From IMG/VR virus record IMGVR_UViG_3300023184_009656, positions 1 to 60,878 of that record: a stretch of DNA of 60,878 nucleotides, one strand, 5' to 3'. This stretch comes from a virus. Taxonomy: Duplodnaviria; Caudoviricetes. The position numbers were made by a program, and so were the translations under genes. Below are positions 47,110-56,137 of the stretch, piece after piece; the first letter of the stretch is position 1, and every line of letters begins with the position of its first letter. The notes beneath the pieces were generated by a model. It did no database searches, was not told the DNA's origin, and saw only the letters and a program-made list of their open reading frames with translations.

Positions 47110-49018
47110 CTTTTAAAGCGAAAGCTATATTTGTTTTACCATTATGGTGATAATTAAACATTCTTTGAGTTCCAATATGTGGTAAAAATGCAATTTCAAA
47201 ATATCCTTTATGATCTCCGATGCCCTCTAGCCACAATAATTGGTCCATTTGTGGTATGTATTGAATAACTTTATCTACAAAAGGATTACCCTCTAGTACT
47301 GCAAAGTATTGAGGATTAGTTGCTACATATAATTTTTTATTTGGATATTGTTTTTTAATTGATTGAAATAAACTAGTAGAAATATATATGTCGCCTATTG
47401 ATTCTGGCATAACATATAAAATTCTATCTTCTGGTTTTTCTTCACCCAAAAGATCTTCAAAACTAATTTTTTTATTTTTTTCATTTTCTTGAGCTGCAAT
47501 TTTTCTAAAATAATTTTCAATGTCAGCGCGTTTTGCACCTTTAGCTATTTCTTGAATCCAATATTTATGGCCATCATCATTATTATCTACGTGATTCATC
47601 TTTAATATATTATGATACATACAAGTCAACCATTCTGCATCATCTTTAATTTCTGGTATTTGAAAATATGGATTTTTTTCTTCTTCTTTTGTAGAAAAGT
47701 CATAATTAGTTTCTGGAGCATTATCAATAAAATCTTCTATAAATTTTCCAACAGTTTCGACTGAGAAATACTCTATAGTCCACTCTCTGGCTTTTCTACC
47801 CATTTCTCTTCTTTTTTGAATGGGCATATTGTATACTTTATTTAATTGTTTAGCTATTGAAGATGGTTTTGTGGATGCTTTTTTAAATTCTGTTCCATGC
47901 TCTCTATATTCTGACCAATCTAATTCAAATGATCCTGCTTCTGGTTCGCACATTTCTTCTCCACAAGAATAGTTTGTTACCAAAGTAATAAGCTCAGTAA
48001 GTTTTGCTTCTTGAATTGGAATTTCTTGTCCACCACTTGTAAAAGGATGACAATATACATCCATCAAATTATATACTTCGTTTAGTTGATCTTCTGTGAC
48101 TCCTAAGCTAACATTTGTTGTGATTTGAGATTTTTGAGTATTACAAAATCTGCAATCTACTTCTGGCCCATGAAAAGGTTTAACTTCATAATTTCCACAA
48201 TTTCTACAAATATATGTAGTTAAAATTTCATTTAAATTAATTCCATACTCTTGTGCTAATCTATGAATATTCCATCCCTCACCCCAATGAGTATGAAGAA
48301 GTAAATAAGTATTTTTAATATGTGGATTTGATCTCTTCCAAAGAGCATATCCTTCTAGAAGATTTGGAACACTTTTTCTTAATTGATTTCTAAAAACGAA
48401 TCCTACAATAAATGCATCTAATGGAATATTAAATCTTTTCCTGAGATCTTCTCTTTTGGAATTTTCTAATCTATAAAAATTTTGAGTTTCAATTGGACCA
48501 TGCACAGTTTTAATATGTTTATGGCCTAATTCATGCATAGCTTTTGTAGCAAAATTACTCCAAATCCAATAATTTTTAATTTTGTCTGCTTTGGTGAGTG
48601 CAGATGGTAGAATAGGCAAAGAATCTAGTGTCGTCCATAGCACAGAAGTTATTTTATCAAACCATTTCTTTTCTACTGCAAAATCAATTCCCCAAATATC
48701 TTGGACTGCAATATATACATCTGGTTTTTCTTCTTGAACAACTTTATCTAAATAATGCGCCCCATAACTAGCTAATCTAGCTATATTTGGATCTTTATTT
48801 AATTCTTGCATTTCTTGAGGATTATTAGGTAATGATCCAACTGTTTTCCATGGAGTTCTTTGAAACTCTGGATGAGCATATGGCAATCCACAAGAATAAT
48901 GAGTTATATCATATTTACCAGTTTTATATAAATAAGATAAAAGAGCTTTAGCTGATCTTCCGAAGCCTGTCTTGGCTAAACTAAAATCAGATTGATATAA
49001 TAGTTTCTTTTTCTTCAT
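47096..49018 (-). CDS. GT4 glycosyltransferase with Zn-ribbon insert, DUF4214-like domain and C-terminal GT9 N-half
   Basis: KTGFGR, VFRNQLRKSVPNLLEGY, LNEVYNLMDVYCHPFTSGGQEIPIQEAK (GT4); CRNC...CRFC; MYHNILK...DDGHKYWIQEI; RILYVMPESIGDIYISTSLFQSIKKQYP...NPFVDKVI. Confidence 0.8.
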   Translation of the reverse strand: MKKKKLLYQSDFSLAKTGFGRSAKALLSYLYKTGKYDITHYSCGLPYAHPEFQRTPWKTVGSLPNNPQEMQELNKDPNIARLASYGAHYLDKVVQEEKPDVYIAVQDIWGIDFAVEKKWFDKITSVLWTTLDSLPILPSALTKADKIKNYWIWSNFATKAMHELGHKHIKTVHGPIETQNFYRLENSKREDLRKRFNIPLDAFIVGFVFRNQLRKSVPNLLEGYALWKRSNPHIKNTYLLLHTHWGEGWNIHRLAQEYGINLNEILTTYICRNCGNYEVKPFHGPEVDCRFCNTQKSQITTNVSLGVTEDQLNEVYNLMDVYCHPFTSGGQEIPIQEAKLTELITLVTNYSCGEEMCEPEAGSFELDWSEYREHGTEFKKASTKPSSIAKQLNKVYNMPIQKRREMGRKAREWTIEYFSVETVGKFIEDFIDNAPETNYDFSTKEEEKNPYFQIPEIKDDAEWLTCMYHNILKMNHVDNNDDGHKYWIQEIAKGAKRADIENYFRKIAAQENEKNKKISFEDLLGEEKPEDRILYVMPESIGDIYISTSLFQSIKKQYPNKKLYVATNPQYFAVLEGNPFVDKVIQYIPQMDQLLWLEGIGDHKGYFEIAFLPHIGTQRMFNYHHNGKTNIAFALKDESN

Positions 49019-49022
49019 TCAA

Positions 49023-49577
49023 CTACCAAAGTTCACTGTCTTCTTGATTATTAGAGCTTTCTGTAGTTGGATTTTCTGGTTGTTCTTTTTTAGAGTTTTT
49101 TAAATTTTTAATAGTTTCAATTCTTTGAGTTTCAAATACAGAGTTTAAAGCGTAAGATAAAAACTCTTTGACAAGACGAGCTTCATTGAAATAAAAACCA
49201 ATTAGGTATGATTGTTTATTTTCGCTATTTTGCTTGTCTTCCTTATTAACTGAATATGAGAATCCAACTTGTTTGTCATCCCTAATATATGGGCAGAACT
49301 TAATTCTAGTGGTTTGCTTTTCAGATGTATGATAAGCAGAAAATTCGGTATTCCTTTCAATTGCATCTAGAATGCCAGCAGCTTCTGTAAGAGAAAACTT
49401 AACTTTAACACTCTTGTTGGGATTATTTTGATTATTTGAAAATGAGCCAATCTTTTTAGCTTCATTCCATGAGCTTTGTTTAATTAATGATCCCCAAATT
49501 GAGGCATCTTTTGAGTTTACTGTGAAGCTACAGGCTGTTCCTGTATTTTTACTATTTGGTTTATAAAATGATATCAT
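49023..49577 (-). CDS. Putative single-stranded DNA-binding protein
   Basis: 184 aa next to DNA polymerase; beta-strand/helix repeat pattern and disordered acidic tail ending EDSELW. Confidence 0.4.
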   Translation of the reverse strand: MISFYKPNSKNTGTACSFTVNSKDASIWGSLIKQSSWNEAKKIGSFSNNQNNPNKSVKVKFSLTEAAGILDAIERNTEFSAYHTSEKQTTRIKFCPYIRDDKQVGFSYSVNKEDKQNSENKQSYLIGFYFNEARLVKEFLSYALNSVFETQRIETIKNLKNSKKEQPENPTTESSNNQEDSELW

Positions 49578-49583
49578 ATTGAG

Positions 49584-49612
49584 ATAATACCACAGTTATT
49601 AATGAATGTCAA
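49584..49612 (-). promoter_or_regulatory. sigma70 promoter TTGACA-N17-TATTAT with extended -10 TG, likely leaderless
   Basis: 6 nt before ATG 49577. Confidence 0.7.
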
Positions 49613-49622
49613 ATCTTTTGTA

Positions 49623-52187
49623 TTAAGAACTTCTCTTGAGTTCGCTTAATTTCATATAAATTTGATGATCTTGAATTGCTGCAATATCTGCAAATATACA
49701 ATCTTCTTTTTTGATACCTTTAAATATAACAATGTTCTTTTCTTCAAAATTCTTGTCTTTATTTAGTGTTTTATTATTATCTATCTTATCATTGAATAAT
49801 AAGACATTAATATTGCCAGTTTCATCGCCAGTATTTAATCTTAAAAATCTAGTTTTCTTTTCATTTTTAGATACGCCAGAATAACTATCCATAATTTCTG
49901 CAACAAATGCTACTTTAGAATTAACTGGTAAATCTAGAATTTCATTAATAGTCATTAAGTCTTCTTTCTTTTCAATAAAGATATCTCTTAATGATTTTTC
50001 GTAAGTATAACCAAGAAGTCTTTTTTCGTAATACCAATTAGCAAAGCTTTCGCTTTTGCTATTTTGATTATAAATTTTAAGATAAGGCTCATATTTATTT
50101 TTAATTGTTTCTAACCTAGAACCTTTAATAATAACTTTATTTTTCTCATCTGTAAAAGAATTTAAATGTTTAATAATCTTAATTAAATCGTGATCAAATT
50201 TTTCAGCAAATGAAATCACATATCTTTTTTCTTTGGTAGTTAAGATATTCCAAAGTTGAGCTTCTAGTACGATTTTACTTCTACTTTGCTTAAAGCCAGT
50301 TAATGCTCCAGCTTGAATTAAGGAGCATAATACTCCTATATTTAAATCTGCTTCTTCTGCTGCTTGAAAAATTTCAAACTTATTCGAGTATTTGTTTCTG
50401 AAGCTATTTAACTTTTCAATTGATTTATCCGAAATACCTTTTACAGAAAGTAATCCAAATCTGATATCTTGACCTTCAATTGAGAAATCCATTTCAGATT
50501 TAATAACATGTGGTCTTAAAAGTTTGATTCCAAAAGATGCCATTTCCTTTTGAATCTTAGAAATTTCACCAATTGGATCTGGTTCATGTCTAGTCATCTT
50601 TAATAAAGATAAAAAGAATTGTTGAGGATAGTTAAACTTTAGATAAACTGTAACTGCTGCTAAAGCTGCATAAGCTAGTGAATGAGATTTATTGAATGAA
50701 TAATTTGCAGAATCTTCCATAATCTTCCAAAGAATATCTCCAACTTCTTTTGGAAGTTTATTTTCTTTTATTTTTTGCTTAATTTTTGATTGCCATTCTT
50801 TAATTTCTTCGGTCTTCTTTTTTCCAACGATTCTTCTTAAGATTTCTGCTTCATCTAATGTGAAACCAATCTTATGAGCCATTTGCATCAATTGCTCTTG
50901 GTACAATGCAACTCCACCAGTATCTTTTAGAATATCATCGAAGAATGGATGAATACTTTCAGATTGTTGAAAATTTGTATGAGCAGCATATTTATCTACG
51001 AATTGTAATGCTCCAGGTCTTGCAAGTGCTAAAACTCCACTGAGTTCTTCTAGACTTTTAGGTTTAACTTTTTGACATACTCTGAAATTTGTATCAGCTT
51101 CAATTTGAAATAATCCATGTGGTGATCTTAAGTCTTGAAGGTTTCTATATATTGATTCGTCATTCAAATCAATATCTGTAACTTTCCTATTAATACTTTT
51201 ACAAACATCATCTACAACAGAAACGCTTCTTAAGCCTAGAATATCAAGTTTAATATTAAATAAACTTACCCAACTCATATCGAAACTGGAAACAGCTTCT
51301 TTGTCGCTCGATAACTCTGTTGGGCAAGCGTTCTCTAAATAATCATAAGATAGTAATACTCCAGATGGATGGACTCCTTTGTTCTTGATTAGATTTCTTA
51401 ATTTTAAAGCTATTTGATAAATTTCTTTATTTGCGTCACACCAATCTTTAAATTTTGGTACTTCTTCATAAGCAGTTGAAATATCTTTGACTTGACCGAA
51501 CACTTTGGGAATTAAAGAGGATACTTCGGTCATCTCTTGTTCTGATTTTTCATCAATAATTTTGCCACACTCCTTAATGAGTAATTTTCCACTTAGAGTA
51601 TTCAATGTTAAAATCTTGCTAGTTTTACCTTTAAATTTTTCTTCTAAATATTGTAATACTTTAGGTCGATTATAATAACAAATATCCAAATCAACGTCGC
51701 ACATTAAACTACCATCTAAGTATGTTACTCCATCAACAACCTGCTTTTTAGCTCGAATCTTGGATATAAATCTTTCGAAATAAAGGTCATATCTGACTGG
51801 ATCAATTCTAGTTACCCCAATTAGATATAAGATTAATGACCCAGCAGCTGATCCTCTGCCAAGGCCAACTGGAATGCCCTGTTCTTTACAGTAGTTGATA
51901 ACGTCCCAAACCAATAATATATAATCAATAAATCCTAATTCTTTTAAAGTATCTAGTTCGTATTTAGCTCTATCAATATATTTCTTGTATTCTGGTGAAT
52001 CTTTTTTGATATTTAAATCTTTGAAACCTTTTAAAGATAAAGCTCTTAAGAAATCATAGTTAGATGAGTCTTCACTAATCTCTACTTGATGTTTGTATAC
52101 TTTATCTATAACAAACTCTGGTAATCTTACTCCATGCAGAGGAAGATCAATCTTACTGAAGCTTGAGGAAAAATCTTTAGAATTCAT
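49623..52187 (-). CDS. dnaE: DNA polymerase III alpha subunit core (lacks PHP domain)
   Basis: GLGRGSAAGSL, LYFERFI, CDVDLD and KLDILGL catalytic motifs, LYQEQLM, YSFNKSH, IRFGLLSVKGI, C-terminal OB; ATG 52187 preferred start. Confidence 0.95.
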   Translation of the reverse strand: MNSKDFSSSFSKIDLPLHGVRLPEFVIDKVYKHQVEISEDSSNYDFLRALSLKGFKDLNIKKDSPEYKKYIDRAKYELDTLKELGFIDYILLVWDVINYCKEQGIPVGLGRGSAAGSLILYLIGVTRIDPVRYDLYFERFISKIRAKKQVVDGVTYLDGSLMCDVDLDICYYNRPKVLQYLEEKFKGKTSKILTLNTLSGKLLIKECGKIIDEKSEQEMTEVSSLIPKVFGQVKDISTAYEEVPKFKDWCDANKEIYQIALKLRNLIKNKGVHPSGVLLSYDYLENACPTELSSDKEAVSSFDMSWVSLFNIKLDILGLRSVSVVDDVCKSINRKVTDIDLNDESIYRNLQDLRSPHGLFQIEADTNFRVCQKVKPKSLEELSGVLALARPGALQFVDKYAAHTNFQQSESIHPFFDDILKDTGGVALYQEQLMQMAHKIGFTLDEAEILRRIVGKKKTEEIKEWQSKIKQKIKENKLPKEVGDILWKIMEDSANYSFNKSHSLAYAALAAVTVYLKFNYPQQFFLSLLKMTRHEPDPIGEISKIQKEMASFGIKLLRPHVIKSEMDFSIEGQDIRFGLLSVKGISDKSIEKLNSFRNKYSNKFEIFQAAEEADLNIGVLCSLIQAGALTGFKQSRSKIVLEAQLWNILTTKEKRYVISFAEKFDHDLIKIIKHLNSFTDEKNKVIIKGSRLETIKNKYEPYLKIYNQNSKSESFANWYYEKRLLGYTYEKSLRDIFIEKKEDLMTINEILDLPVNSKVAFVAEIMDSYSGVSKNEKKTRFLRLNTGDETGNINVLLFNDKIDNNKTLNKDKNFEEKNIVIFKGIKKEDCIFADIAAIQDHQIYMKLSELKRSS

Positions 52188-52401
52188 CTTCTGGTTTATC
52201 TTCTCTATCAATTTTATCTATTTCTTCATTAAATGCTTGTAATCCTTTGGATAAAACTCTCATAGATTCTGCACTTTTGAGATAATAAAATACGTCAGCT
52301 TTACCTTGCTTCTTGCCTTTGGTAACAGTAATAAGAAGATATTCAATATTATTATCTTCTAGTCTTTGTGTCATATCGTATACGTCGTCTAATGATGCCA
52401 T
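52177..52401 (-). CDS. Hypothetical small protein
   Basis: 74 aa coupled between exonuclease and dnaE; acidic tail PEDEF. Confidence 0.6.
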   Translation of the reverse strand: MASLDDVYDMTQRLEDNNIEYLLITVTKGKKQGKADVFYYLKSAESMRVLSKGLQAFNEEIDKIDREDKPEDEF

Positions 52402-52402
52402 A

Positions 52403-53041
52403 TTATATCTCCATTTGCCATTTCAATTTATTCCATACTTTTAAATTCAAGTCAAGATCATTAATAGCGTCATGAAGTTTGTCGTAGTCATGTTCTATAT
52501 TATTCTCTTTTCCTAAAGCTGTCAATGAACTTTTTACATTTTTCTTTTTAGTATGATAGATTTTGTATTGATACTCTAATAAATTTATATCATTTTTATA
52601 TGGAGTTCCATATTTTATGCCTCTAGCAATACAATTTGTATCAATTATCTTGTTTAATAAATGCTCATAATGACAACCCATTGTTTTATAAAGCTCTTTA
52701 ATTAAATAAACATCGAAACCTAAAATATTATGTCCAACAATATAATCTGCGTGATCTAGCCAATCTTTGATTGTTGGAAAAGCGTCTTTAATGTTTAAAC
52801 CTTCTTTTTGAACTCTTTTATGATCGTATCTTGTGATTCTTGCTGCATCATCACTTATTTTCAAATCCGTGTCCCATTTAATATAAAAGTTTTTACTATC
52901 AACTCTAAAATCTCCTTTAGCTTTAATAAGTCCAATTTGCCAAGGCAAGTTATGTGAAAAATTTAAACAAAGATTAAATGTTTCCAAGTCTATGAAAACA
53001 AAAGTTTTATTTTTATTATATCTTAAAAGATGTTCGTCCAT
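52403..53041 (-). CDS. DEDDh 3'-5' exonuclease (DnaQ/epsilon-like proofreader)
   Basis: ExoI FIDLET, ExoII VGHNILGFD, ExoIII LHDAINDL. Confidence 0.9.
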   Translation of the reverse strand: MDEHLLRYNKNKTFVFIDLETFNLCLNFSHNLPWQIGLIKAKGDFRVDSKNFYIKWDTDLKISDDAARITRYDHKRVQKEGLNIKDAFPTIKDWLDHADYIVGHNILGFDVYLIKELYKTMGCHYEHLLNKIIDTNCIARGIKYGTPYKNDINLLEYQYKIYHTKKKNVKSSLTALGKENNIEHDYDKLHDAINDLDLNLKVWNKLKWQMEI

Positions 53042-53042
53042 A

Positions 53043-53516
53043 TTAATCTAAAAATGGATCTGTATTTGTTTTAACAAATCCATTTAAACCTCTTATTTGA
53101 TAATGCCAATTTAAATATTCTTGTGGTGAGATGTGTTTCCATCCGTCTTGCTTACAAAGATTATACATAGAAAATCCAGAAAGATCTTGCAAAAAAGCAA
53201 CGATATAAGCATCAACCCCTAATCTATTTGCAACTTTGATAATTCTTCTAGCTTGAGTATCTCTTACGAAGAACCTATGGATAATAGCTTCAAAATATTT
53301 ATCTGAAGGCTTAAATTCTCTATCAATTCTAGTTAATTCAAGAACTGCAACTGGTTCTTCTTGATTATTTTGGTAGCCCCATTCAATTTGGTCAATATCA
53401 GATGCATATAGTTTAGGTTGATCATAAATCCATTGTTTATAATCTCTTAATCTATCCTCTCGATCTTCTCTTTGGATAGCTTTTGTACCATTGATAGTTA
53501 ATTTTTTGACTAACAT
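53043..53516 (-). CDS. Hypothetical protein, possibly PD-(D/E)xK-like nuclease
   Basis: 157 aa; YASDIDQIE...AVLELTR...Q...VANRLGVDAYIV resembles the restriction-endonuclease fold with an atypical catalytic motif. Confidence 0.35.
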   Translation of the reverse strand: MLVKKLTINGTKAIQREDREDRLRDYKQWIYDQPKLYASDIDQIEWGYQNNQEEPVAVLELTRIDREFKPSDKYFEAIIHRFFVRDTQARRIIKVANRLGVDAYIVAFLQDLSGFSMYNLCKQDGWKHISPQEYLNWHYQIRGLNGFVKTNTDPFLD

Positions 53517-54271
53517 TTAACCTGCTCTTTCCAAGCTTCGAAAGAAAATTCATCACTGCTCATATGATTTAATTCTGGTTTATTTAAGGTCGTTCTGTTA
53601 TTGATGCATCTAAATGTAAGATAAGATTTGAAATCTTTTTTAGTTTTGTAGTAGATGCTCTTTACATTCATTAGTTCAAGTTTATTTGCTTCTGCATATT
53701 TAATAATTTTTTCTTTTATAATAAAATTAAAAGGTAAGCAATTATTTTCTAAAAGCATAACTGGTTTAGTAAAATTAAAATTTGGAACACAAATAAAATT
53801 CTTTAATGTGTTATTAAAGATGAAAGAATCGTAAAATGGAATACATAGCATCAAATCATTATCTGACCACATCTTTTCTAAAGTTTTATAATCAATTCTT
53901 GGTTCGTAGTAGAATCCATTCTTCGCTGCTTCTGTAAAGATTTTAATAAGTCTAGTATAACCTTCATTAGTTTTGAAGAATATAACTACTTTTGATGTTT
54001 TACTTCTAGACTCTTCTGTTTTATCTTCTATATTATCGTTAATTGATAGTCTTAATCCATATCTTAGGTTTATATTATTCTTTTTTGTATTAGTATATGC
54101 TTGAAGAAACGAAGACATATTATCTTCAATTAAAAATAAATCTTTAATATCATTCTTTTTAGCTATATCAATAATTGAATCTGGATCATTTTCTGAAATC
54201 TCTTCATCTTCTAAAGTAAGGATTGATCGTCCTATACTGAAGTGAGATTTGAAAACTGGTAATACTTCCAT
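53510..54271 (-). CDS. Stand-alone PHP domain of DNA polymerase III alpha
   Basis: FKSHFSIGRSIL, IIDIAKK, RYGLRL, NEGYTRLIKI...NGFYYEPRIDYKTL are DnaE PHP signatures. Confidence 0.85.
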   Translation of the reverse strand: MEVLPVFKSHFSIGRSILTLEDEEISENDPDSIIDIAKKNDIKDLFLIEDNMSSFLQAYTNTKKNNINLRYGLRLSINDNIEDKTEESRSKTSKVVIFFKTNEGYTRLIKIFTEAAKNGFYYEPRIDYKTLEKMWSDNDLMLCIPFYDSFIFNNTLKNFICVPNFNFTKPVMLLENNCLPFNFIIKEKIIKYAEANKLELMNVKSIYYKTKKDFKSYLTFRCINNRTTLNKPELNHMSSDEFSFEAWKEQVKC

Positions 54272-54277
54272 TGGGCT

Positions 54278-54306
54278 ATTATATAATCAATGTATTAATT
54301 TGTCAA
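54278..54306 (-). promoter_or_regulatory. Consensus sigma70 promoter TTGACA-N17-TATAAT, likely leaderless
   Basis: 6 nt before ATG 54271. Confidence 0.8.
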
Positions 54307-55250
54307 TCTAAAAAGTCATCATCTTTAGATACTGATTTATTATTAAATTTGGGGCATCCTTCGTATTTTCTTGTTTCTACTTTAAATCCTTTAATGTCTT
54401 TAAAATTATTTTGTAAACTAGTTTCTACTATTTGGTCTTTATCATTTACTTTTACATAATATTCATAAGGATCTTTATATGGGCATTTCCACCCACCAAC
54501 TTGACACATCCATTTATTCTTAATATTATCTATTGCAAAATTTGCTTGTGCTGAATTTTCATCAAAATTATTAACATATTCATTTATATGTTGTAGATAA
54601 TGCTCGAATCCTTTAAGTTGATTATCATCAAATGTCAATTCTTGTATTGGTTGTTTTGGAAATCTTAAAAACAAGAATTTAACAATAGGTTTCAACTTGG
54701 GCCATAATTTTTTACTAGCAAGACTATACATCATCGCTTGAATATTAGCTTCAAGGTCATCACCCCTAAACTTGTATTTGGAGCTTTTATAGTCAATTAT
54801 ATGCATTTCTTTTTTGATTTTAATAGGCTTATCTATAAAACCCTTAATATGATATTTTGGTTCTTCATTAACTATATCAAATGCATATTCTGGTTTAACT
54901 ATTTCCCCACCTTCTCCAAAGAAATCATTTTTAAGGCCAACTAGAATCATATCATTTAATAGTTTATAATTGTCTTCTTTAAGTTCAACTTTTTTAGCAA
55001 GTCTCTTAACTAATCTTGCAATAGCTTTATCGCCATCTATTGAGTTTTTCTTAATAACTCTTTTGTAATTTTTAAGGTGTCTTTTATTTAAAAGTAATTC
55101 GAAAATCTTATGACAGATTGTACCTCTTAAAGCTCCATCGTTTTGAGATTGTGGAACTTTAGCATGATAATTAAGCCAATAAACCCAAGAACAAGTTTCA
55201 AGAGTTTTAATTCTAGATGCTGATAATGTTTTTAAAGATTGTTTTTCCAT
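54303..55250 (-). CDS. PD-(D/E)xK nuclease (RecB/AddB/Cas4-like exonuclease)
   Basis: LSASRIKTLETC, RGTICHKIFE, KGFIDK, IIDYKSSK, QAMMYSLA, C-terminal Cys (C-x5-CP...CP). Confidence 0.85.
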   Translation of the reverse strand: MEKQSLKTLSASRIKTLETCSWVYWLNYHAKVPQSQNDGALRGTICHKIFELLLNKRHLKNYKRVIKKNSIDGDKAIARLVKRLAKKVELKEDNYKLLNDMILVGLKNDFFGEGGEIVKPEYAFDIVNEEPKYHIKGFIDKPIKIKKEMHIIDYKSSKYKFRGDDLEANIQAMMYSLASKKLWPKLKPIVKFLFLRFPKQPIQELTFDDNQLKGFEHYLQHINEYVNNFDENSAQANFAIDNIKNKWMCQVGGWKCPYKDPYEYYVKVNDKDQIVETSLQNNFKDIKGFKVETRKYEGCPKFNNKSVSKDDDFLD

Positions 55251-56137
55251 TGTAATATTTCTTTTTTATTCATTTCTCCAAAATCTTTCTTAGTTGGAAG
55301 TTGAATTGAGAGTTGTCTTGAGTCAAAATATCTTAATAATTTATTCATGCCTTTTTCGCAAGCTTCATTTCCAGCGTTATTTTTCTGTGAATCATTATTA
55401 AATGATATATAAATTTTATTAGGATCAATTTTAAGTAAGAGGTTTAATATTGAAATACTTATTTCTAATCCAAAAGTTACAATAGTATTTTTTACTCCAG
55501 CTTGATAAAGAGACAAGCAATCTCCGATGCTTTCAATTAAGAAAACCTCTTTAGTTTCTTTTATTTGCTCTAAGTTTAAAAACATTGGATAGCACCATGA
55601 GCTTTTGTCTCCTAAATGTTTCCATTTGATCTTGCTTTTATTTGTAATATCTCTGCCAGAAAATCCTGTGATTTCATTTTTGCTATTAAATATTGGGAAT
55701 ACGTATCTGTCTTTCATTTTGCCAGCACTAGCAATTCCACCTTGAAATTCTTTTATTACTTGTTCTTCTACTCCTCTATTAATCCAGTAGTCATGATTTT
55801 TATTTAATTTTAAAAGAAGATCTTTATCAAATGTTTTCTTCTCTTTCATTTTAGGTTTTTCATCTTTATTTACTACATGTTGAAAGTTATTATTCTTTAA
55901 CCAGATTTTAGCTTGTTCTTCGGTTTCAAGTTTCAAGCTCATCTTAACTAAAGAGTTAAAATCTCCACTAATATTTTCTTTGAAATCTACCCAAAATCCA
56001 GAATCTTTATAAATTCTTAATACAGTATCATTATCACTATCTCTATAAATAGGTTTAGTTCGATATTCTCTACCAAAGTCTTTTAGAGAATATCCCATGC
56101 TGGTTAATATTTGATGAATATTTACTCCTGTTTCCAC
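55232..56137 (-). CDS. DnaG-like DNA primase (TOPRIM)
   Basis: YWINRGV, RYVFPIFN...ITGFSGRDI, KWKH, FLIESIGDCLSL, ISFNND, KKDFGEM. Confidence 0.8.
   Translation of the reverse strand: METGVNIHQILTSMGYSLKDFGREYRTKPIYRDSDNDTVLRIYKDSGFWVDFKENISGDFNSLVKMSLKLETEEQAKIWLKNNNFQHVVNKDEKPKMKEKKTFDKDLLLKLNKNHDYWINRGVEEQVIKEFQGGIASAGKMKDRYVFPIFNSKNEITGFSGRDITNKSKIKWKHLGDKSSWCYPMFLNLEQIKETKEVFLIESIGDCLSLYQAGVKNTIVTFGLEISISILNLLLKIDPNKIYISFNNDSQKNNAGNEACEKGMNKLLRYFDSRQLSIQLPTKKDFGEMNKKEILQWKNNL

Noticed and set aside
49623-54271. Split intein or group I intron explaining the split DnaE
   Set aside because: No intein-like C/S start or HN-C end at the fragment ends, and no non-coding space for a ribozyme; the intervening ORFs are tightly coupled.
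54303-55250. Cas4 as part of a CRISPR-Cas system
   Set aside because: No array or other cas genes; the context is replication/recombination.
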